Positions 1 through 8,412 of a stretch of DNA of 27,109 nt are shown here, in pieces. This DNA comes from a virus (Duplodnaviria > Caudoviricetes), in IMG/VR virus record IMGVR_UViG_3300015201_000010, positions 1 through 27,109 of that record; one strand, given 5' to 3'. The notes beneath the pieces are model-generated. The model made no database searches. It worked only from the letters and a program-made list of their open reading frames with translations, and was not told the origin of the DNA. Position 1 is the first letter of the stretch. Every line of letters begins with the position of its first letter. Both the position numbers and the translations under genes were made by a program.

Positions 1-422
1 ACTTCTTTTGATATATCATTATGGAACTGTAGTTCATCCGAACGTATGTCCATATTAGGTATTTCCGAAATATCTATATTGTCTATATAAAAATCTACCC
101 TATTTGTATGAAATTCAATTATTTCTAAGCTTGTATCTAGAAATTCCTGTACTTTCTCTGTTATCTCTGAACCTTTTACTTTTTTTAAAAATCTGCTTAA
201 ATGTTGTAACATCCCAGTTACAACATCATTTTGAAGTTTAAACTCGTTTTGTTTATACTTTATAGAATTTTTTAGTGCCTTATAATCTTCCTTATCTCTC
301 TTTTTAGTTTTGTCAATAATTGGTACATTCGTATCCGACCAATCATTCTCTAGAATATATTTTTTATTTTTTAAGAAAAGTTTATTTTTACTCTCTATAA
401 GTGCGATTGTTTGATCCAACAT
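1..422 (-). CDS. hypothetical protein, partial (runs off the left end)
   Basis: ATG at 422-420, 1 nt after the upstream gene's stop. Hand translation MLDQTIALIESKNKLF... stays open to position 1. Not in the ORF track. Confidence 0.8.
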   Translation of the reverse strand, partial: MLDQTIALIESKNKLFLKNKKYILENDWSDTNVPIIDKTKKRDKEDYKALKNSIKYKQNEFKLQNDVVTGMLQHLSRFLKKVKGSEITEKVQEFLDTSLEIIEFHTNRVDFYIDNIDISEIPNMDIRSDELQFHNDISKE

Positions 423-423
423 G

Positions 424-1629
424 CTATTTATCCTTAAATTTTATTATTTCATGTATGGGCAAATCTAAACTATAACATTCTGAATACCCATCAAAAAGTA
501 TTTTTACTTTATATTTGTACTTCTTATATTTTTTATGTAATTTTTCTTCTAGATCCCATATTTTATCTGCACTTCCATTATAAATAGATATTACTTCATA
601 GTTATATGGCATATTAGTTTTAGTAAATCTTTCCTTCATGCTTCTAAAAGTTTTACCAATTTTATAAAATTCTTCGTCCTCTATAAAACACCTTATTAAG
701 TATAAATAAGTGGTTCTGCCATTAGCTAAGTATATATACCCTTCTTTTGTATGATGATGTCTTCCTTTATATCCTGTGGTTTCATGTCTACATTTAAAAC
801 AAGTATATCCATCTAGATAACTGTTTGGATAAGCTTTAAATTTGAAATCATGTTTTTTACATCTTACCTCTAATTCTCTCCTACATCCAGTGTAAACAGT
901 ATCTGTATAATCGTGTAGATCTCCGTAAATTTCTTTAGCCTCTTTTATAAACTGTTCTGTAGGCTTCTTTCTTACTAAGCTGTAATTTTCTTCTGCACAT
1001 TTTGGACACTTTTGACCACCTAGTCTATTAGACACAATTAAATTAAAATAATGGTCGTGTACAGTACATTTTAAATTTACATTTTTTGAGGCTGATATCT
1101 CATGTACTTTTGAGTAATCTGTTATGTCTCCAAATAATTTTGTAGATTCTTGTATAAATAATTCTTTATTATTGTACTTAGATTTTTCTAATTTACATTT
1201 CTTACATGCAGTATTACTTTTTAATATTTCAGTCGGTACTCTAAAAAATGATCCATGTTTTTTGCATATCAATTCAACTTCTGTCCTATTATTTTTATAG
1301 TTAACTCTAGAAGTATCAAAAATATCTCCATGTAATTCTATTAACTCCTTTATGAATTTATCATTTCCTTTTTTAGCAGATTCTTTTTGTCGCTCTCTTC
1401 CACACTTAGGGCATCCCATACCTTTTTTATGGTCTTTAATTAATTGTTGGAATGTAAAATCGTGCTTTTTACAATGAATGCTTATTTTTGACTTTGTATC
1501 AACAAAATCTTCTTCATCATACTCATAATTTTCTTCCCCATGTACTTCTAAGAAACTTTTTTTGACCTGCTCCCAACTTAATTTATTATGAGCAACTCTT
1601 TTAGTTTTAATCTCCATATATTTAAACAT
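424..1629 (-). CDS. putative homing endonuclease: four Zn-ribbon (DUF723-like) repeats plus a C-terminal GIY-YIG/T5orf172-like domain
   Basis: Four CxxH...CxxC units (CKKH/CPKC, CKKH/CKKC, CTVH/CPKC, CKKH/CFKC), then YLYLIRC...FYKIGKT...ERF...GYSECY. Confidence 0.8.
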   Translation of the reverse strand: MFKYMEIKTKRVAHNKLSWEQVKKSFLEVHGEENYEYDEEDFVDTKSKISIHCKKHDFTFQQLIKDHKKGMGCPKCGRERQKESAKKGNDKFIKELIELHGDIFDTSRVNYKNNRTEVELICKKHGSFFRVPTEILKSNTACKKCKLEKSKYNNKELFIQESTKLFGDITDYSKVHEISASKNVNLKCTVHDHYFNLIVSNRLGGQKCPKCAEENYSLVRKKPTEQFIKEAKEIYGDLHDYTDTVYTGCRRELEVRCKKHDFKFKAYPNSYLDGYTCFKCRHETTGYKGRHHHTKEGYIYLANGRTTYLYLIRCFIEDEEFYKIGKTFRSMKERFTKTNMPYNYEVISIYNGSADKIWDLEEKLHKKYKKYKYKVKILFDGYSECYSLDLPIHEIIKFKDK

Positions 1630-1631
1630 TA

Positions 1632-1662
1632 AACCTCCTAAGAATTTTGTACTTAGGAGGTT
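1632..1662. terminator. 11-bp perfect hairpin (terminator and/or translation-blocking stem)
   Basis: AACCTCCTAAG (1632-1642) / CTTAGGAGGTT (1652-1662) between two minus-strand genes. The U-tail is short. Confidence 0.6.
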
Positions 1663-1669
1663 ATTTTAT

Positions 1670-2173
1670 CTATTCTTCTTTGGTTTGTTCTGCTTGTATT
1701 GCTTGCAAAACTATTTGTCTTATTTTATCTATTTCGTAGTTTTTAGTTAGAGTTTCTTTTCTCTGTTCTAGTCTTCCTTTTTCAACCTCTTTTGCCGAAA
1801 GTTTGTCATCAACTACAAAGAATAGTTTTGGCATTAGATATTCAAGACTTTCACATAATTCTGTTATTTCTTTAGGTAAAATCATTCCATCACCTACTTC
1901 TAAATAAGTTTTTACATTTAAATATAAGGAATAAAAAATGCTTTGTAAATCCTGCATGTAAATTTGCTCTTCTACTTGTAAGTCATATAAAGTTTTTAGA
2001 AAATCTTCTGGAATTACAATATCTTTTGTTTCCTTTTCCTTGTTTTCTTCGTAGACTTCTTTTACAGCTATCTGTCTTTTATCTTTGAATTCTAATTTTG
2101 TTTTTTCCAGAAATTCGTTATATAGTAAATACTCTTTGTGTTTAGCTATAATAAGGTCATAAAATTTATTCAA
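1670..2173 (-). CDS. hypothetical protein
   Basis: 167-aa ORF, tightly packed in the minus-strand operon. Confidence 0.8.
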   Translation of the reverse strand: MNKFYDLIIAKHKEYLLYNEFLEKTKLEFKDKRQIAVKEVYEENKEKETKDIVIPEDFLKTLYDLQVEEQIYMQDLQSIFYSLYLNVKTYLEVGDGMILPKEITELCESLEYLMPKLFFVVDDKLSAKEVEKGRLEQRKETLTKNYEIDKIRQIVLQAIQAEQTKEE

Positions 2174-2175
2174 AG

Positions 2176-2427
2176 TTATTGCTTTTTAGTTGTCCATAAT
2201 TCCCACTCTTCATCTGTCATTGTAGAATCTTTAAAATCTTTATTTAGTAATGACTCCACAGAACTATATAAATCTTCGTCTGGGATATCTCTTAGAAAAT
2301 TTAATGATTTATTTTTTTCTGTTGCTGTTTTTTGAAAACATGTGAATAAAAGGTCTCCTAATCCTAATTCTGGATTCTTCTGACCTAATACTTGTATTGC
2401 TCTAAGAGCTTCTTGCTTGTAATTCAT
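2176..2427 (-). CDS. hypothetical protein
   Basis: 83-aa ORF with 2-3 nt gaps to its neighbours. Confidence 0.75.
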   Translation of the reverse strand: MNYKQEALRAIQVLGQKNPELGLGDLLFTCFQKTATEKNKSLNFLRDIPDEDLYSSVESLLNKDFKDSTMTDEEWELWTTKKQ

Positions 2428-2430
2428 ATA

Positions 2431-2760
2431 CTATAGTGTTACTTGACCTTTAATGTTTATTACTGCTGATTTTGCTTCTTCTCCTTCTGTAAAATTTAAA
2501 TACACATTTTTATTGAAAGGATTAGTTAAATGTGTGTGTTTGTAATTTAAATCAATTTCTATTGTATCTTTATTAATTACGTTTGGAGAACTTTCTGTGC
2601 AACTACAATCTGATTGTGAAGTCATGTTTTTTAAACTTTCTCCTTTAATTTGAACTGTTCTTGATGCTTTATCTCCTTTTTTTATTACGCCGAAATCTAT
2701 TAGATATTTTTCCGCATTATTTTCTATTTCCTGTCCTGTTGTTTTATCTATTATTATCAT
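2431..2760 (-). CDS. DUF1573-like Ig-fold protein
   Basis: IDFGVIKKG...SDCSCT...FNKNVYL...IKGQV resembles the DFG...SCGCT...F.K.I pattern of Bacteroidota DUF1573. Confidence 0.6.
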   Translation of the reverse strand: MIIIDKTTGQEIENNAEKYLIDFGVIKKGDKASRTVQIKGESLKNMTSQSDCSCTESSPNVINKDTIEIDLNYKHTHLTNPFNKNVYLNFTEGEEAKSAVINIKGQVTL

Positions 2761-3082
2761 ATGTTTTTTGAAATTTTGTTCCTAATTCAACTCTTTTCCA
2801 TTTACTCGGTTCTCCTATTTCTGGCATAGAACATTCACTTTCTCTAACTAAGGTTTTTCTATTTATTGGACAGAAACAGATTTTACAATATTCTTTGTTT
2901 AAATAAAATATTCTAAGTAACTCTTCTTTCCAATTCTTGGGATTATACCAGATAGAGTTTTGGTTACAATCGCTACAAATTTTCCTTCTTTCTTTACACC
3001 AATCTGTCTTACTATTTTTGTAAGCACTTACTCGAGAATTAATTATCATTCTCCAAGTTGATAATTTTAGAAATTTATTCAT
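2744..3082 (-). CDS. small Cys-rich (putative Zn-binding) protein
   Basis: RRKICSDC, YCKICFCP, ECSMP...KW. Overlaps both neighbours. Confidence 0.7.
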   Translation of the reverse strand: MNKFLKLSTWRMIINSRVSAYKNSKTDWCKERRKICSDCNQNSIWYNPKNWKEELLRIFYLNKEYCKICFCPINRKTLVRESECSMPEIGEPSKWKRVELGTKFQKTYDNNR

Positions 3083-4710
3083 TATTTTTGAGTTTGAGCA
3101 GAAAATATTGGTGTTGAGTTATATGTTATTGCCCCTAAAGTTAAAAATGTTCCAGAGATAGAAACTGCATTTTGAAGTGCCAATCTCTCTACTTTAGTTG
3201 GATCAATAATTCCTCTTTTAATCAAATCTGTAAATTCTTGTGTTTGTAAATCTACACCATCTCCATAATATAATGAATTTTGAATATTATGAATATAGTC
3301 TTTTACTTGTTCTTCCATCCCTGCATTTTTAAGAATTTGATAGAATGGTGCTTCCAATGCCTTTACTAAAACTTCAATTCCTTTTCTCTCATCTTCGTTT
3401 CTAGTTTCAATATTAGCCGATTTAAGAGCATTTGATACTCTTAGGTAGGTTACACCTCCACCTGCTACAAAACCTTCCTCTAAACAAGCCTTAACTGCAC
3501 ATAATGCGTCTTCTACTCTATCTGTCTTCTCTCTCTTTTCAACAGTTGAATATCCTCCGACTTTTATCACTGCAACTCCTTTGGTAAGTTTAGAAAGTCT
3601 TTCTTTTACATACTCTACTTCTTTCTTACCTCCTGTGATATTTTTAATCTGTTCTTTAACTATTGAGGCTCTTTCTGAAATCTGTTCTTTCGTTCCTTTT
3701 CCGCCGATTAATACTGATTTATTAGCATCTGATACAACTTTATCAATGTGTCCTAGTCCTTCTAAAGTAACATCATCTAAACTCTCTCCTAAATCTTCAC
3801 TGTATACTTTTGCCCCTATTAATGCAGCAATGTCTCTTAATGTTTCATTTTTTCTTCCCCCAAAACTTGGAGAACGGAGATTCATTAATTTAAATCCCTG
3901 ATAACTGAATTCTAATATCTGTTTTTGTACGTGTCCTGATATGTTATCACAAATAACTAATAAACCTCCTAGTTCTCCCTTATCATTAGTTGATAAACGA
4001 ATTGCCTCATTTAATTGATTTGTATCTTGTAAGTGTCCTTGATAAATTAACACGTTCATATCTTCAAAAGATGCTTCAAACTTTTCTCTGTTATTTATAA
4101 ATTCAGGTGTAGCATAAGGTACATCTAATTCATATCCTTTTGCTACTTCAACAAAAGAGTGTAATTCCTCTGTTTCTTCTATCTTCACTGTTCCTGTTTT
4201 TCCTACTTTTCTGATTGCCTCGACAACTAGATTAGAGATTTCTTTGTCCCCATTAGTTGAAATGTTTGCAATATTTTTTAAAGTTTCAATGCTTGTAGAC
4301 TTATTAGACAGTGTTTTTAAAAACTTCAAAGAAAAATCTAGCCCTAAGTCTAATCCTCTCTTTAAAGATATTGCGTTAACTCCTGTATTTAATACTTCAT
4401 CTGCTTCATTTACAATGGCTTGCGCTACTACTACACTGGTGCTACTACCGTCTCCTGCAACCTCATTTGTTTGATTTGAAACTTGTTTTATTAAGGAAGC
4501 TCCTGCGTCAATAATAGGATCATTAGAGCTTACTTCTTTAGCTACGGATATTCCATCTTTTGTAATCACTGGTAAAAGAATGTCTCTTACGCACATTACA
4601 TTCATTCCTTTTGCCCCTAAAGTTACTTTAACTGCATTTGCAACTAAATCAACTCCTTCTTTTAATAATTTTCTTGCTTCTTGTCCGTAGACTACTCTGT
4701 TTTCTGACAT
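3082..4710 (-). CDS. groEL: chaperonin GroEL (phage-encoded)
   Basis: AVKVTLGAKG, ITKDGISVAKEV, AGDGSSTS, GVAVIKVGG, DRVEDAL, GFVAGGG and GIIDPTKV motifs; 542 aa. Confidence 0.97.
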   Translation of the reverse strand: MSENRVVYGQEARKLLKEGVDLVANAVKVTLGAKGMNVMCVRDILLPVITKDGISVAKEVSSNDPIIDAGASLIKQVSNQTNEVAGDGSSTSVVVAQAIVNEADEVLNTGVNAISLKRGLDLGLDFSLKFLKTLSNKSTSIETLKNIANISTNGDKEISNLVVEAIRKVGKTGTVKIEETEELHSFVEVAKGYELDVPYATPEFINNREKFEASFEDMNVLIYQGHLQDTNQLNEAIRLSTNDKGELGGLLVICDNISGHVQKQILEFSYQGFKLMNLRSPSFGGRKNETLRDIAALIGAKVYSEDLGESLDDVTLEGLGHIDKVVSDANKSVLIGGKGTKEQISERASIVKEQIKNITGGKKEVEYVKERLSKLTKGVAVIKVGGYSTVEKREKTDRVEDALCAVKACLEEGFVAGGGVTYLRVSNALKSANIETRNEDERKGIEVLVKALEAPFYQILKNAGMEEQVKDYIHNIQNSLYYGDGVDLQTQEFTDLIKRGIIDPTKVERLALQNAVSISGTFLTLGAITYNSTPIFSAQTQK

Positions 4711-4713
4711 AAA

Positions 4714-5220
4714 TTAATTTATTCCTTTTACTCTGTTATAATCTTTATTTTGTATATCTTCTACTGCTGCGAAAACTTCATAACTCTGTTTATACATCTT
4801 TCTGCAAACATCTGTTATCTCATATTTACTTTTAATAAACCTCTCAAATGAAAAGCTGTATGGTACTTTTTTATGAGCAGGTATTCCTGGATTTTCATCC
4901 GCAAATCTTTTTATCTGCTGTATTTGATCCATAGCCTGTACGTATTCATCTGATTCTACAGACATTAACTGTTTACTGTTTATTAGAAACTTTTCATTTT
5001 TATATAGGTGTCCTAAATATGGGAGTTCAATTGCAAATACTTCTGGATTTTTAGTTTCTTGCACAATGTATTCAAACATTATTTTAACTCCTTCCAAACA
5101 CTGCTTGTAATCATATTTCAGTTTATGTTTTCTGAAAACTTCTTTTAAAATATCGTCTAAATAGCTTATTTGTGTTGGTGGATATTTATATCTTTTGTGT
5201 CGTTCTCCTTTTTTTAACAT
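4714..5220 (-). CDS. possible HU/IHF-like DNA-binding protein
   Basis: Two helices followed by AIELPYLGHLY, resembling the HU V.L.GFG.F strand motif; C-terminal extension. Confidence 0.4.
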   Translation of the reverse strand: MLKKGERHKRYKYPPTQISYLDDILKEVFRKHKLKYDYKQCLEGVKIMFEYIVQETKNPEVFAIELPYLGHLYKNEKFLINSKQLMSVESDEYVQAMDQIQQIKRFADENPGIPAHKKVPYSFSFERFIKSKYEITDVCRKMYKQSYEVFAAVEDIQNKDYNRVKGIN

Positions 5221-5663
5221 GTTATAATAATCAATTTACAATCTTCATCCATAACTTTCTTTCTTATTGTTTCTAGTTCTGGCGTTAATTTAAACTTTTG
5301 ATAATTCTTTTCATCTCTAATTAAGTATCCTCGGTCTCTTAATTTTTTATTAATCGTGTGGAGGTGATTTTTAGTTAGAGGCTTTTCATTTCCATTTTTA
5401 TCTGTTGTGGGGTTGTCTTCTAAAATCATTTCCAGAACTTCATCTGATATTCCTTTGTGTAAATAATACAGTAAAATAGGTTTGTGAGATGGTAGTAATC
5501 TTTTTTCTACAGGAAATGTTAATTCTGAATAAGATGTGATGAATTTCTCTAACCTGTCTATTTTATTTTTGGGAGTTATTTTAATGTTAAGTGCATTTAA
5601 TGGACTCTTATATTTTAAGATTTCCGCCTCCAACATTTTAATTTTATTCTCTAATTCCTCCAT
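5214..5663 (-). CDS. putative winged-helix DNA-binding protein (start revised to 5663, MEELENK)
   Basis: LTKNHLHTINKKLRDRGYLIRD recognition-helix/wing pattern. A promoter element lies between 5663 and the track's start at 5705. Confidence 0.6.
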   Translation of the reverse strand: MEELENKIKMLEAEILKYKSPLNALNIKITPKNKIDRLEKFITSYSELTFPVEKRLLPSHKPILLYYLHKGISDEVLEMILEDNPTTDKNGNEKPLTKNHLHTINKKLRDRGYLIRDEKNYQKFKLTPELETIRKKVMDEDCKLIIITC

Positions 5664-5680
5664 ATTATAACATTTATATG

Positions 5681-5688
5681 CAAATATA
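5681..5688 (-). promoter_or_regulatory. Bacteroidota-type -7 element for the leftward operon
   Basis: CAAATATA on + equals TATATTTG on -, 17 nt upstream of the ATG at 5663. No clear -33 element. Confidence 0.55.
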
Positions 5689-5802
5689 AAAATTATTTTC
5701 CACATATTAATATGTCTTAACTTAACTTTAACTTATAAAATGATTTTAATTATTATATATGCGTAAAATAATAATTAATTTTTACATTTCAAGTTTTATT
5801 TT

Positions 5803-5810
5803 TATATTTG
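5803..5810 (+). promoter_or_regulatory. Bacteroidota-type -7 element
   Basis: TATATTTG 25 nt upstream of ATG 5836; weak -33. Confidence 0.5.
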
Positions 5811-5835
5811 TGACAAATTAATAAAACCGACAATA

Positions 5836-6090
5836 ATGCTTATTTACGAAGAATTTTACAATAGAATTTGGAACCACTACATCAACTTTACGGATGTTTC
5901 ATTTGAATACAGAGAACAGAATATTGAATTTATAAAAGCTGTTACTTTCGCTATGTTTCGAAAGTATGAGTCTAAGAATGTTAGTGAATCTGTTTATGCA
6001 GAATCATTGAAGCTGTTCTTTTATAACTTATTTTTGTTTCGCCCCGAAGTTTTTGATGCTGGGGAAGAAAAAAACTTTAATAGTAATTAA
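5836..6090 (+). CDS. hypothetical protein
   Basis: 84-aa ORF directly after a promoter element. Confidence 0.7.
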   Translation: MLIYEEFYNRIWNHYINFTDVSFEYREQNIEFIKAVTFAMFRKYESKNVSESVYAESLKLFFYNLFLFRPEVFDAGEEKNFNSN

Positions 6091-6122
6091 TTTGCACAGT
6101 AAATATAAATAAACTATATTTG
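6091..6122 (+). promoter_or_regulatory. Bacteroidota sigma70-type promoter
   Basis: TTTG (6091-6094), N20, TATATTTG (6115-6122): exact consensus. Confidence 0.8.
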
Positions 6123-6127
6123 CATAT

Positions 6128-6417
6128 ATAAATTAGTAAAATCGTTCGGGACGTATTTTGAGGGTTTGAGCTTAAAAAGCTTTTTATAAATCATCAATAT
6201 TTTATGCTAATAATTACAAAACTTAAAATAAAATAATATTTTCATTAGATGTAGAAAGCTAATAGAGTATTTGAACAATATAAATAATAATCCTTTTCAA
6301 ACATTAAAAACAGCCTTTCTACATTACGCTGTTTGTTTGAGGGGATTTTTGCGTTTTTAAAGGGTTCGTATTTTCCAAAACCCGCACAGTAAGATATAAT
6401 ATATAAAATAATAATTA
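6128..6417 (+). promoter_or_regulatory. long structured 5' leader or candidate ncRNA
   Basis: About 290 nt with no track ORF. Hairpins at 6138-6159, 6289-6347 and 6362-6383. Loop 6315-6324 is the exact reverse complement of 6249-6258. Confidence 0.55.
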
Positions 6418-7587
6418 ATGAAGTTATATAGTAATATATATATAGATAGTATAATAGATAATATAGTTAATAATGATAATTTTGAGAAGAATTTTAAATA
6501 TCATTACCTATTCATAATTTCATATATTAGAATGTATGGATTTAAAGATCGTAGATTTACAAATGAGATGTTTATTCCTGTAAATATGAAAACTTTGCGG
6601 AAACTTATTAGTTACGATTACGCCCACATATTTATAAAAAACTTACTAGATCATGGACTAATAGAAACTGATAATTTTTTTGAAAAACATGTCAAATCTA
6701 GAGGATATCGACTAAGTTCTAAATGTTATATGAATAAATATTATTTAGTTGAAAACAAAGATTTAAAACTTGAGAATAAAGTTAGAAAAACTTATGCTAA
6801 TTTAAAGCTGAAGATAACTGAAAAGCAAGACGCATATGGATATGTTACAACATGCATGGAAAATGTAAATATTGATAAAAAGACGGCATTTAAATATATA
6901 CAAGATAATGAAAATAATCCTGATGAGATAGAAAATTATGAATTAGTTACAGAAAATTTTGAGGATAAGTTTGCAATTGTAGATAAGACATCTAATAGGC
7001 TTCATAATAATTTAACCAACCTATACTCCCCATTAAGACAATTCTTGACTTACAATGGAGAAAACATAGTACAATGCGATATTAGAAACAGTCAGCTGGT
7101 ATTTCTGTATGTAATGCTAAAGAATTATCATATTCCAGAAAAAGAATTAAGATATTTTGGAGAAGTTGTGTGTAAAATTGGATTTTATGAGTTTTTTGCC
7201 GAAAAATTAGGTAAAAAATTAACAGAAGAAAATAGAAAAGAGTTTAAAACTTTTATTTTTAGAGATATTTTATTTGGAGAAAGTAAATTAAAATTAAACG
7301 AGATAGAGATAATATTTAAAAAGATATTCCCCTCCATATTTCATGTAATGAGAAGTATAAAAATGGAAAGCCAAAAAGCATTACCAGTGATGTTACAAAA
7401 AGCAGAGAGTGAATTTATTTTTAAATGTGTTGAAAAAATAGGAACCAAAATACCCTTACTAACTATACATGACTCTATAGGCACGACCTCTGGAAATGAA
7501 AATATAATAAAAAAAGCAATAGAGCAAGAATTTTTAGAAAATTATGGACTTACTCCAAAAATAAGAGTAGAAAAGTTTGCAAAATAA
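6418..7587 (+). CDS. compact family A DNA polymerase/T7 RNA polymerase-like palm protein (TV-Pol-like) with an N-terminal wHTH-like region
   Basis: NRLH...LRQFL, motif A-like QCDIRNSQ, motif B-like RKEFK, LQKAES, motif C-like LTIHDSI. No exonuclease domain; 389 aa. Confidence 0.65.
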   Translation: MKLYSNIYIDSIIDNIVNNDNFEKNFKYHYLFIISYIRMYGFKDRRFTNEMFIPVNMKTLRKLISYDYAHIFIKNLLDHGLIETDNFFEKHVKSRGYRLSSKCYMNKYYLVENKDLKLENKVRKTYANLKLKITEKQDAYGYVTTCMENVNIDKKTAFKYIQDNENNPDEIENYELVTENFEDKFAIVDKTSNRLHNNLTNLYSPLRQFLTYNGENIVQCDIRNSQLVFLYVMLKNYHIPEKELRYFGEVVCKIGFYEFFAEKLGKKLTEENRKEFKTFIFRDILFGESKLKLNEIEIIFKKIFPSIFHVMRSIKMESQKALPVMLQKAESEFIFKCVEKIGTKIPLLTIHDSIGTTSGNENIIKKAIEQEFLENYGLTPKIRVEKFAK

Positions 7588-7607
7588 TAAAATTATTATT
7601 ATATTTG
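7576..7607 (+). promoter_or_regulatory. Bacteroidota sigma70-type promoter
   Basis: TTTG (7576-7579), N20, TATATTTG (7600-7607). Confidence 0.8.
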
Positions 7608-7623
7608 CCTAATACAAAGCAAT

Positions 7624-7815
7624 ATGGAAGAAAAGACAGACTTAGATAATGATTGGCTAGACAGTTTAAACTTATGTTTATATATTTCCAAAACATTAGA
7701 ATACACAGAGCTATATAATGAATTACAAATTTTAGCAACAAAATACTTTTCTTTTAATTTGGAAATAAAAGATTGGGAGAGGTTAGAAGAAATAGAAAAA
7801 GAATTGATAAGTTAA
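7624..7815 (+). CDS. hypothetical protein
   Basis: 63-aa ORF after a promoter. Confidence 0.7.
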   Translation: MEEKTDLDNDWLDSLNLCLYISKTLEYTELYNELQILATKYFSFNLEIKDWERLEEIEKELIS

Positions 7816-7819
7816 AAGT

Positions 7820-8131
7820 ATGGGACTAGATATAGGAATTATAGAACATAAGGGATTTAATGATAAAGGGTATTTGATTACTGAATCACCCGCAATAAAA
7901 AATTGGAATTCAGATAGAGTGTATATTATGAAACATTTTTTAAAAAATATGACTTATGATGTTTTAAAAGCAAATGTAGAATGGGATTTTGAAGAATATT
8001 ACAGACCAAATAATTTTGAAGAGGCTTATAAGTATATGGAAACACTAAACGAAGCTGATAAAGAATATGTTAAAAATATTTTAGAAATTTTACAAACTAA
8101 CGATAATTATTATTTAGAATACTGTCATTAA
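7820..8131 (+). CDS. hypothetical phage protein (MGLDI start)
   Basis: 103-aa ORF, operonic spacing. Confidence 0.75.
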   Translation: MGLDIGIIEHKGFNDKGYLITESPAIKNWNSDRVYIMKHFLKNMTYDVLKANVEWDFEEYYRPNNFEEAYKYMETLNEADKEYVKNILEILQTNDNYYLEYCH

Positions 8132-8133
8132 AT

Positions 8134-8412
8134 ATGGAAAACACAAAACAAGATTGGAAAGTTTATAAAGAGATACTTATTAAATTTCAATATACAGAAG
8201 AACAAATAGAATCTGTATTTAATGTTAGAGAGAAACTTGATTTATGCCCTTATGAACAATTTAGGGAATTATTTTTGCAAGGGGTGATACAAAGAATTGC
8301 TAAAATCAAGAAGCCCAGAAACTACTATGTAAATGAGTCTGGGGAGTTCTTATATTTAAATCACAGAAATCACAGATACGAAATAGCAGGGAAGTTTAAA
8401 AATGAAGAATAA
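8134..8412 (+). CDS. hypothetical protein
   Basis: 92-aa ORF, operonic spacing. Confidence 0.7.
   Translation: MENTKQDWKVYKEILIKFQYTEEQIESVFNVREKLDLCPYEQFRELFLQGVIQRIAKIKKPRNYYVNESGEFLYLNHRNHRYEIAGKFKNEE

Noticed and set aside
424-1629. CRISPR-like or DNA tandem repeat in the first full gene
   Set aside because: The repetition is at protein level (Zn-ribbon units). No conserved nucleotide repeat-spacer pattern was seen here or elsewhere.
2138-4474. Plus-strand ORFs 2138-2335, 3581-3901 and 4244-4474
   Set aside because: They lie antisense to well-supported genes, including groEL, and have the Ser/Phe-rich composition typical of shadow frames.
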